32,000 nucleotides of DNA from Breznakia sp. PF5-3 (GTDB lineage Bacteria; Bacillota_I; Bacilli_A; Erysipelotrichales; Erysipelotrichaceae), in contig NZ_JAQFIQ010000006.1 in assembly GCF_029504745.1 (NCBI RefSeq), forward strand, positions 30,001-62,000, in the 5' to 3' direction. The position numbers were made by a program, and so were the translations under genes. Under the pieces are notes generated by a model. That model was not told the origin of the DNA. It saw only the letters and a list, made by a program, of their open reading frames with translations, and ran no database searches. Below are positions 17,475-24,250 of this stretch, piece by piece (positions within the stretch are counted from its first letter, which is position 1; each line of letters opens with the position of its first letter).

Positions 17475-18863
17475 TTAATCAAAATATTTCGATGCTTCAT
17501 CATAGTATTGTTTTCTATCATTTAGAGATTCTTCATTATCCCATGGGTTGATTAATGCCAGTACATCCTCAACACTACCACCAGTGTCAATAACTGCATT
17601 AATTTCACGGTATTTCCAAAACCATCCTGCTGATTGCCATGGATAATTATCTGCGACATACTGATAGCCTTGATTTACTATTTCTGGATCATCTATTTGA
17701 TATATTTCTTTTAAATATGCTGCAAAGGCTTTATAATTACAACGTCCGGTTAATTGGAGCCCTCCAGCACCTCGATATTTGCTACCATCACCTGGTTGTG
17801 TATTACCTAATTGTCCGCCACTAAATGTACCTGGTTCATATTTATCAAAAGCATTTGAATTATTACCATCCCACTCTACCATATCTCTTCCTCCACCAGT
17901 TTCTTTTGTAGCTTGCGCTATAAAATGCTTTATCCGCTCAGGAGTAGTAATATTATAATCTTCTAACGCTTTATTTAAATCATAAAGAAATTCTTCAGTT
18001 ACAACATCTTTTCCATCTCTTGTCTTATTCCATCCCAATAATGTCAATTGCCAACAATCTACATAAATTGTGTAATCTACAAAACCTTGTTTGCTCTTTG
18101 TCAATTTATGTAATTCCTCTATAATTTCCTTTTTTCGTATCTCATCAGCATTCCAATATTCATCTACTAGTTTATCCTGTTTCGTTTGGATACTTTCCAA
18201 AAATCTTTTTTTAAGCACTTCAAATATTTTTCCTATTTCTAAACCTTTATCCTTTTCTTTTTTCTTACTTGTTTTTGATATGATATTTCCAACCCAACTC
18301 ATCTGCTTGATATCTATTTTAAAGCTTCCACTTTTTTCATCCCATGTACCTTTTGATAACATATTCATTCCTTGCTTCACCTGATTGTAATAATATCTAG
18401 CTTCATCATAATATCCCTCTGCTTCAATATCAAAATTATACAACCTCTCTATCATATCTTGCAAATCCCTTGTTTCATATAACTCCATATCCATCCAAGG
18501 CTGTATACCTATCTCATATTCCATTATTTCTCTTAATCTATTAAACCTTTCAATTCCTTCATATAAATAATCAGTATCAATATACGCTGTATGCGACCCA
18601 TCTACTTGATTATGAAATTCATTCATATATCGACTATTTGCATGGATTGTAGAAGAACACATATTTTGTATTCCTTCTAACAATGGAAGCCATACCATCT
18701 GAAAATATTCTTTTCCATTATCATATGCTTTTCCTTGTAATTGCTCCTCATTAATCAACCCTATGATTTCTTGTTTTAATTCTTCAATATCCTCTATTTT
18801 ATTTTGCATATTGTGATTCATACCTTCCATCATAATATGCATCTCATTTGCATCAATAATCAT
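17475..18863 (-). CDS. LXG-domain polymorphic toxin (T7SSb substrate class) with C-terminal glycoside hydrolase family 19 / COG3179 chitinase-lysozyme-like domain
   Basis: N-terminal LXG signature: EEQLQGKAYDNGKEYFQMVWLPLLEG ... NEFHNQVDGSHTAYIDTDYL. C-terminal GH19 signature: ERIKHFIAQATKETGGG ... LGNTQPGDGSKYRGAGGLQLTGRCNY ... SAGWFW. Strong RBS GAGGGAGAAGGAA. The start overlaps the upstream gene by 11 nt. Confidence 0.8.
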   Translation of the reverse strand: MIIDANEMHIMMEGMNHNMQNKIEDIEELKQEIIGLINEEQLQGKAYDNGKEYFQMVWLPLLEGIQNMCSSTIHANSRYMNEFHNQVDGSHTAYIDTDYLYEGIERFNRLREIMEYEIGIQPWMDMELYETRDLQDMIERLYNFDIEAEGYYDEARYYYNQVKQGMNMLSKGTWDEKSGSFKIDIKQMSWVGNIISKTSKKKEKDKGLEIGKIFEVLKKRFLESIQTKQDKLVDEYWNADEIRKKEIIEELHKLTKSKQGFVDYTIYVDCWQLTLLGWNKTRDGKDVVTEEFLYDLNKALEDYNITTPERIKHFIAQATKETGGGRDMVEWDGNNSNAFDKYEPGTFSGGQLGNTQPGDGSKYRGAGGLQLTGRCNYKAFAAYLKEIYQIDDPEIVNQGYQYVADNYPWQSAGWFWKYREINAVIDTGGSVEDVLALINPWDNEESLNDRKQYYDEASKYFD

Positions 18864-19200
18864 TTCCTTCTCCCTCTATTCTTTTCTTCCTTTGCCAATA
18901 CACTGCTTCTTCTTCCTGTTCATTTAATACTCTATTCATTTTTTTATACGCTTCTTTTTCAAACTCTATATATTCATTGTTTTTAATTAATACATTTTTA
19001 TACAGCTCTTCCTTTTTACCATAAAAGGTATTGGCTCTATCTCCTTGATACCCTTCAAATACTAAAGCTAATACATTATTCGTTTCTTGTGTATGACAAT
19101 ATATTGCTTCTCCTGTAGATTCTATTTGCTTAAACTTTTGTTTGTTCCGATATCTTTTAATTTCTATATCCTCTAATTGTTTATTAAATTCATTATTCAT
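18853..19200 (-). CDS. Small helical protein, Lap2-like (DUF3958-like) LXG-associated export helper candidate
   Basis: 115 aa, charged and helical, immediately upstream of the LXG gene and translationally overlapped with it. Assigned by size and position. No diagnostic motif recognised. Confidence 0.4.
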   Translation of the reverse strand: MNNEFNKQLEDIEIKRYRNKQKFKQIESTGEAIYCHTQETNNVLALVFEGYQGDRANTFYGKKEELYKNVLIKNNEYIEFEKEAYKKMNRVLNEQEEEAVYWQRKKRIEGEGNDY

Positions 19201-19202
19201 AG

Positions 19203-19478
19203 TTATTTTACTTCTCGTATTGTCTTTGCCATCTTTTTATCAACATTGTCAAATGATTTTGCCATAATTAAGAAATAATCAACATCCTTTTGCAGATGAG
19301 ATTCCAAATCAGATAATATAGAAAAAGTATCATTTTCACATGATACTGATTATAATATTGATTGTAGAGTACTTTTAGATACTTGTATTGAATTGTTTAT
19401 TTTACATACTTTAGATTGAATCTTATGTAATATTGTTACTCTCGTGTTGACAATATCTAAACTAGATTTTAACATCAT
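19203..19478 (-). pseudogene. Lap1-like (DUF3130 / SACOL2603-type WXG100-like) gene interrupted by an in-frame TAA
   Basis: Manual translation from ATG 19478 behind AAGGAAG: MMLKSSLDIVNTRVTILHKIQSKVCKINNSIQVSKSTLQSIL*SVSCENDTFSILSDLESHLQKDVDYFLIMAKSFDNVDKKMAKTIREVK*. The internal stop is at 19350-19352. An FxxxD motif (FDNVD) lies near the C-terminus. The final stop overlaps the next start (TAACTATG). Confidence 0.5.
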
Positions 19479-19583
19479 ATTTTCACTTCCTTTATACACT
19501 TATGACGTAACCATTTAAATTAGCGTTCCCCTTCCATTTGAAAATTCAATCAATTCCTTGTAGTTCTTTCAGATATTATTTCT

Positions 19584-19620
19584 AAAAAAACAAAGGAGTA
19601 CAAATACACCTTTGTTTTTT
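19584..19620. terminator. Bidirectional terminator hairpin at the truncation point of the methyltransferase fragment
   Basis: A7-ACAAAGG-(12 nt)-CCTTTGT-T6. Confidence 0.6.
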
Positions 19621-19819
19621 GAGCAGCTAATAAACTAATCGTTCTAATACCACAATATGTATCAACAATTACTTCATCACCTTTTAATTCTAATAAAGAC
19701 AATGCTTTATCATATAGTTTTTCACATTGTTCATGATTGATTTGGTAAAATGACTTCGGTGATATTATCTTAAAAGTTAAGCCACAAAGTGTATCATAGA
19801 AATATCCTTTTCCAAATAT
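19610..19819 (-). pseudogene. Internal fragment (~70 codons) of a 23S rRNA (uracil-5)-methyltransferase RlmCD/RumA-type gene
   Basis: IFGKGYFYDTLCGLTFKIISPKSFYQINHEQCEKLYDKALSLLELKGDEVIVDTYCGIRTISLLAAQKTK matches the ...FxISPxSFFQxN...DxYCGxGTI (SAM motif I) region. The TRAM/Fe-S N-terminus and the catalytic C-terminus are both missing. Confidence 0.75.
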
Positions 19820-20002
19820 GTTAAGTTTTTTTATACTTTTTAGAATATTTAATGATGACATTTATGATCATCACCATGATGGTTACATGAAGCATCTGTG
19901 CTATATATTAATGAATGAGATAAAAACTTTTGCACTACTTCATCCACTTTTCCTTGCACACTTCCATATATAGCAATATTATTTTCTTTTAATATTTCTC
20001 TT
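19814..20002. repeat. Direct repeat copy B (~190 bp), homologous to 16400-16591
   Basis: See copy A. Copy B retains only the loop and right arm of the tRNA terminator hairpin, so it is the derived junction. Confidence 0.85.
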
Positions 20003-20208
20003 GCTCCTGCACCTATGCCACCACAGATAAGTGCATCAATGCCTTGATCTTTCAAAAACTTCCCTAAACTTCCATGCCCTTGGCCATTTGTACCAATACA
20101 TTCACTATCAACAATTTTATTATCTCTTATCTCAAAGATTTTAAACTGTGTAGTCTTTCCAAAGTGTTGAAACACATTTCCTTCATCATAAGTAACTGCT
20201 AATTTCAT
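19849..20208 (-). CDS. NifB/NifX-family (dinitrogenase FeMo-cofactor-binding domain, PF02579-like) protein with Cys/His-rich tail
   Basis: 119 aa. Contains MKLAVTYDEGNVFQHFGKTTQFKIFEI and ALICGGIGAGAREIL, with the tail CNHHGDDHKCHH. Confidence 0.75.
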   Translation of the reverse strand: MKLAVTYDEGNVFQHFGKTTQFKIFEIRDNKIVDSECIGTNGQGHGSLGKFLKDQGIDALICGGIGAGAREILKENNIAIYGSVQGKVDEVVQKFLSHSLIYSTDASCNHHGDDHKCHH

Positions 20209-20242
20209 TTTCTTTTCTCCTTTATTATTTCTAATTCAATGC

Positions 20243-20584
20243 TTATTCCTTACTACATGTTCCCCTCTTGCAACATTTCTTTTTATGATTACATTCCCCA
20301 CAGATTTTATACTCTCCTCCTTCTATGAGCAATGTATCTCCATGTACTAAGAAGGAAGCTATTTTCTTTCTACTCCTTGCATAAATTGCTTGGACTGTTG
20401 TACGTGCTACTCCCATCTGTTTTGAACATTCCTGTTGATTTAGACCTTCTAAGTCAATCAATCGTATTACCTCATATTCATCAACACTTAAAATAATTTT
20501 ATTTATATCGTTTCTTGTTTGAGAATGAAAACAGTTATGTTTTGGTAAATGGCACACGTTTCTTCCTTTTTGTGGTCTTGGCAA
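20243..20584 (-). CDS. DUF134 (UPF0251) predicted DNA-binding protein with C-terminal Cys cluster
   Basis: TTG start behind AAGAGGTGA gives the family-typical MPRPQKGRNV. HTH-like LNQQECSKQMGVARTTVQAIYARSRKKIA. C-terminus CGECNHKKKCCKRGTC. Confidence 0.75.
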   Translation of the reverse strand: MPRPQKGRNVCHLPKHNCFHSQTRNDINKIILSVDEYEVIRLIDLEGLNQQECSKQMGVARTTVQAIYARSRKKIASFLVHGDTLLIEGGEYKICGECNHKKKCCKRGTCSKE

Positions 20585-20606
20585 AGCTTCACCTCTTTTC
20601 TATTGC

Positions 20607-20641
20607 ATAATACGCCCATTATCGACATATGTCAATAATGG
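20607..20641 (-). promoter_or_regulatory. Promoter of the DUF134-NifX pair, overlapped by a 26-bp near-perfect palindrome (candidate operator)
   Basis: Minus strand reads TTGACA (plus-strand 20630-20635), 17 nt spacer, TATTAT (20607-20612). Palindrome CCATTATTGACAT|ATGTCGATAATGG spans 20616-20641 with one mismatch. Confidence 0.55.
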
Positions 20642-20642
20642 A

Positions 20643-20679
20643 TAAAAAATAAAACACTCTATCATTTAGTAGAGTGTTT
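20643..20679 (-). terminator. Terminator after the TrxB-like gene
   Basis: AAACACTCTA pairs with TAGAGTGTTT (10 bp stem, 8 nt loop), followed on the minus strand by TATTTTTTA. Confidence 0.6.
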
Positions 20680-20696
20680 ATAAATAACAATCAATA

Positions 20697-21605
20697 CTAT
20701 TTTATTTTCATAGTCGCTTGAATTCCTGCTATTGTACCATCAGCAACAGCAGTTGATATTTGACGAACTTTTTTTACTCGAACATCTCCAACAGCATAGA
20801 CATTTGGAAGGTTGGTTTCCATATTTGTGTTTGTCTTAATGTATCCATTTTCTAATTCTATTTCTTTACACCACTGTGTACTTGGATGAGAGCCGATATA
20901 AATAAATATTTGACCTCCAGATAAAGGAATTATTCTTTCTTCTTTATTGCTGTTATTTATTACTTTAATAGACTCTAATCGCTCATAATTATCTACCTCA
21001 GATAATGAACTATCAGTAATTACTTCAATCGTGTTTGAATTCATAATAGGGTTTTTAAATTGTTCAATACAAGATAATTCTTTTTCTAAAATAATCATAT
21101 ATACTTTTTTAGTTTTCTTTGCTAAATACAACGCCTCTTTAGCAGCTCCATCAGAACCTCCTACAACACAAACACACTTGTCTTTGTATTGTTCTACTTG
21201 TTCAAAAGAATTATGCAATGCTATCGGATATTTAAATTTGCTCTTATTAATATTAGACAATTCGTTTTGAATTGTACCTGTAGCTATAATAACCACCTTA
21301 GCTTGATAACAATCTTTATCGGTACGTATTTCTTTTGTATCACCTGATAAATTTGCATCTAGTATATTCCCTTGTACAATTTCTATATCCATCTCTTTTA
21401 CTTGCTTCCAAATGCGCTTTGCTAATTCTGGACCAGATTCATCATTTAAAACACCTGCATAATGAGTTACCGTTGAAATATTTTGAATCGTTCCTCCAAC
21501 AAAGGATTCTTTTTCTATCAACAGAACATTTTTTCCTCTACTCTTTGCATAGATTGCACTAGACATTCCAGCAACACCTGCTCCAACAACTATTATATCG
21601 TACAT
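20697..21605 (-). CDS. Thioredoxin-reductase-like FAD/NAD(P)-dependent oxidoreductase lacking the CxxC redox centre
   Basis: FAD motif DIIVVGAGVAGMSSA, NAD(P) motif CVVGGSDGAAKEA, C-terminal AVGDV. At the position where TrxB carries CATC the sequence reads ALHNSFEQVEQY. Confidence 0.7.
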   Translation of the reverse strand: MYDIIVVGAGVAGMSSAIYAKSRGKNVLLIEKESFVGGTIQNISTVTHYAGVLNDESGPELAKRIWKQVKEMDIEIVQGNILDANLSGDTKEIRTDKDCYQAKVVIIATGTIQNELSNINKSKFKYPIALHNSFEQVEQYKDKCVCVVGGSDGAAKEALYLAKKTKKVYMIILEKELSCIEQFKNPIMNSNTIEVITDSSLSEVDNYERLESIKVINNSNKEERIIPLSGGQIFIYIGSHPSTQWCKEIELENGYIKTNTNMETNLPNVYAVGDVRVKKVRQISTAVADGTIAGIQATMKIK

Positions 21606-21695
21606 ATAAAATCTCCTTCTCTTTATTCTATATACAGTATACGCTCTTTCTTACACAATTAGAAAGTAAAGTGATAAATCAATTAAGCTACACGC

Positions 21696-22271
21696 TTACC
21701 CATTGTCCTTCTTATGCTTTAGTTGACATATAGCTTGGGTCATTGTCCCCATTGGACAATATACACACCATGATCGTGGCTTAAACAAGAACATGCTCAC
21801 GATTCCTAGTATTGTTGATGTCAACATTACACTATAAAAACCAAAAGCAAATTGAGCTACCCAATTGCTAACAATTGACGTATTACTCCACCACCAAGGT
21901 AATTTAAATACCCACATTAACGTAACTACCTCTTTTAGTGAAGCACCTGCAAAAACTAAATAGGTATTCCAAATCATCAATAGAAACATTGACATAAAAA
22001 AGACTAAAAAACCATAGCGAAACCATTTTGTACGCAAAATTTTTGGTGATATTTTTCTTTGTGATAAGCCATATTTTTCTCCTAAAATTTCTAATAATTG
22101 TCCTCTCCCGCAATACTTATTACAATAAGCTTTATCCCCACCAAAAATTGAGATCAACAATGGAATACTAAAGCAAAGTAAACCAAGCCAAGCAAATAAG
22201 ATATTAAAAAAACCAAGAATTAGATATACCAAAGATACCACCCAAAGATACTCATACCAATGCTTTTTCAT
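21696..22271 (-). CDS. Integral-membrane 4Fe-4S binding protein (Fer4_5/NapH-like Cys motifs)
   Basis: 191 aa with ~5 TM segments. Cys motifs CNKYCGRG and SWCVYCPMG. Confidence 0.6.
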   Translation of the reverse strand: MKKHWYEYLWVVSLVYLILGFFNILFAWLGLLCFSIPLLISIFGGDKAYCNKYCGRGQLLEILGEKYGLSQRKISPKILRTKWFRYGFLVFFMSMFLLMIWNTYLVFAGASLKEVVTLMWVFKLPWWWSNTSIVSNWVAQFAFGFYSVMLTSTILGIVSMFLFKPRSWCVYCPMGTMTQAICQLKHKKDNG

Positions 22272-22473
22272 GTCCCTCTACCTCCCTCATCACAATTTCA
22301 ATCACATCAGCAGGACAAACCTTAGCACACTTTCCACATCCCACACATTTGTTTTCATCCACTTGTGCATACAATCCCTTGTGTATTATAATTGCTCCAA
22401 CTGGACAATACTTCACACAATTACCACAAGCTACACAAGCTTTACCAATTTGTGCCTTTTTTCGTTTTATCAT
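22252..22473 (-). CDS. 2x[4Fe-4S] ferredoxin
   Basis: Contains CVACGNCVKYCP and CVGCGKCAKVCP. It overlaps the downstream membrane Fe-S gene by 20 nt. Confidence 0.85.
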   Translation of the reverse strand: MIKRKKAQIGKACVACGNCVKYCPVGAIIIHKGLYAQVDENKCVGCGKCAKVCPADVIEIVMREVEGHEKALV

Positions 22474-22506
22474 ATAAATACTCCTTTATAATCTTATCCA
22501 TATACA

Positions 22507-22543
22507 AAATATGTAAGAGTGTTATTATATCTCTTACATATTT
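22507..22543 (-). terminator. AT-rich hairpin after the CoA-disulfide reductase gene (possible partial terminator)
   Basis: ATATGTAAGAG pairs with CTCTTACATAT (11 bp perfect), followed on the minus strand by TTTTGTAT. Confidence 0.4.
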
Positions 22544-22550
22544 TATACCC

Positions 22551-24227
22551 TTACTTTTCTTCTACGCTTTTAGAACGTTTCCATTCATCATACGTTAAAT
22601 ATCCACCAAGTAAATTGTATAAATTTGAATACCCTAACTGGTGTAATAAACACAATGCATAGTGTGCTCGCTGACCTACTTTACAATATACAACGATTGG
22701 TGTATTTTTATCTTTTGATAATTTATCTATATTATGACGCAATGTGTCAAGTTCAATGTTTATAGCACCTTCTATATGACCACCTTGATATTCTGAATCT
22801 GTACGAACGTCCAATAAAATAACATCCTTTTCTCTATTGTCTACATCTTGTGATTTCATTGTCTTATATAATCCATCAATTTCATGACTTGCTGCATATC
22901 CTAAAATGTTTACAGGATCTTTTGCACTTGAGAATGGCGGAGCATAGCATAGTTCTAATTTTGCTAAATCTGTTACTTTTAATTTTCCAATAATTGCTGT
23001 CGCTATAACATCTATTCGTTTTTCTGTTCCTTCGTAACCAATTCCTTGTGCTCCTAAAATATCTAAAGTATCTTTATTATAGACAACTTTCAAAGTTAAG
23101 TTTTTTGCATTTGGATAATATCCTGCATGATTTGAACGATGAACAATGGTAGTAGAAACAGGAATACCTAAATTGTTTGCCATCACTTCATTAAGTCCTG
23201 TAGAAGCTGCTACCATATCAAAAACCTTTGCTACACTTGAGCCCAAAGAACCTTGATAATCAATTTCCTTTCCATTTATGTGATCTGCTACTAATCGCCC
23301 TTGACGATTCGCTGGCCACGCTAATGGAATGTATGTTGGCGTTTGTGAAACTAAATGATTCACTTGAATCACATCTCCAACTGCATAAATATTAGGATCT
23401 GATGTTTGTAAATGTTCATTTACCACAATTGCTTTTCTTATACCCAATTCAAGATTTGCTTGCTCTGCTAATTTAGAAGCTGGAGATACTCCAATTGCAA
23501 GAATAGTAAGATCCGATTCTAGCATTTCTCCATTATCTAATAACACCGTTTTTCCATTATTAGCAAAGCCTTTTAATCCTACACCAAGTTTTAATTTAAC
23601 ACCTTTTCTGATCATTTCATTTTGCAAAATCGCAGCCATTTCTTCATCAAATGGTGTAAGTACTTGATTCGCTAAATCAACAAGCGTTACTTCAATACCC
23701 AAATGATGTAAATTTTCTGCCATCTCAACACCAATAAAGCCACCACCAACAATAACTGCTTGCTTAGGGTTATGTCTTACTACTTCTTTAATTTTATCCG
23801 TATCCGGAAGGTTGCGTAACTTCAACACATTTTCCGCTTCTTCCATACCTTCTAAATTAGGCCAAATCGGGTTAGCACCTGGTGATAAAATCAAACGATC
23901 ATAAGATTCTATATATGTTTCTTTTGTCTTATGATTATATACAGTTACATTTTTCTGTTCGCGATGAATTTCTGTAACTTCTTGGAAATTACGAATATCT
24001 AAATCAAAACGCGTAGTCATTCCTTCTACTGTTTGAACTAATAATTTATCTCTTTCTTTTATTACTCCACCTATATAATATGGTAACCCACAGTTTGCAA
24101 ATGAAATATATTCATCTTTTTCAAACATAATAATTTCATCATCTTTTGATAATCTTCTCAATCTTGCAGCTGCTGAAGCACCTCCAGCAACACCACCAAC
24201 TATTAATATTTTCATACTTTTCCTCAC
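22551..24227 (-). CDS. CoA-disulfide/persulfide reductase with C-terminal rhodanese domain (Cdr-RHD, CoAPR-like)
   Basis: 558 aa. Contains ILIVGGVAGGASAA, the active-site FANCGLPYYIGG and VGGGFIGVE. C-terminal rhodanese LLDVRTDSEYQGGHIEGAINI ... VVYCKVGQRA. Confidence 0.85.
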   Translation of the reverse strand: MRKSMKILIVGGVAGGASAAARLRRLSKDDEIIMFEKDEYISFANCGLPYYIGGVIKERDKLLVQTVEGMTTRFDLDIRNFQEVTEIHREQKNVTVYNHKTKETYIESYDRLILSPGANPIWPNLEGMEEAENVLKLRNLPDTDKIKEVVRHNPKQAVIVGGGFIGVEMAENLHHLGIEVTLVDLANQVLTPFDEEMAAILQNEMIRKGVKLKLGVGLKGFANNGKTVLLDNGEMLESDLTILAIGVSPASKLAEQANLELGIRKAIVVNEHLQTSDPNIYAVGDVIQVNHLVSQTPTYIPLAWPANRQGRLVADHINGKEIDYQGSLGSSVAKVFDMVAASTGLNEVMANNLGIPVSTTIVHRSNHAGYYPNAKNLTLKVVYNKDTLDILGAQGIGYEGTEKRIDVIATAIIGKLKVTDLAKLELCYAPPFSSAKDPVNILGYAASHEIDGLYKTMKSQDVDNREKDVILLDVRTDSEYQGGHIEGAINIELDTLRHNIDKLSKDKNTPIVVYCKVGQRAHYALCLLHQLGYSNLYNLLGGYLTYDEWKRSKSVEEK

Positions 24228-24250
24228 AATATTTCTATTTTATTTCGCCA

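Larger units (their letters stand above)
16592..19813. other. Repeat-bracketed accessory cassette (LXG toxin module plus gene fragments) next to the tRNA cluster
   Basis: Bounded by repeat copies A and B. The content is unrelated to the flanking housekeeping genes. No recombinase is present. Confidence 0.6.

Noticed and set aside
17459-17521. Longer N-terminus for the lipoprotein (track start 17521), overlapping the toxin gene by 47 nt
   Set aside because: The internal ATG at 17458 has an AAGAGGA RBS and starts a normal lipoprotein signal peptide. The extension (MIENNTMMKHRNILIKEKRIK) has no RBS and lies inside the toxin coding sequence.
19350-19352. In-frame TAA in the Lap1-like gene as programmed readthrough or an alternative genetic code
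   Set aside because: TAA is used as an ordinary stop by many genes in this window (for example 3792, 11698, 17475). No recoding signal is evident, so a nonsense mutation or a sequencing error is the simpler reading.
19479-19583. Promoter for the LXG cassette upstream of the Lap1-like gene
   Set aside because: Several weak -35/-10-like hexamers (for example TTGATT, TATAAA) occur, but none has convincing spacing. Left unannotated.
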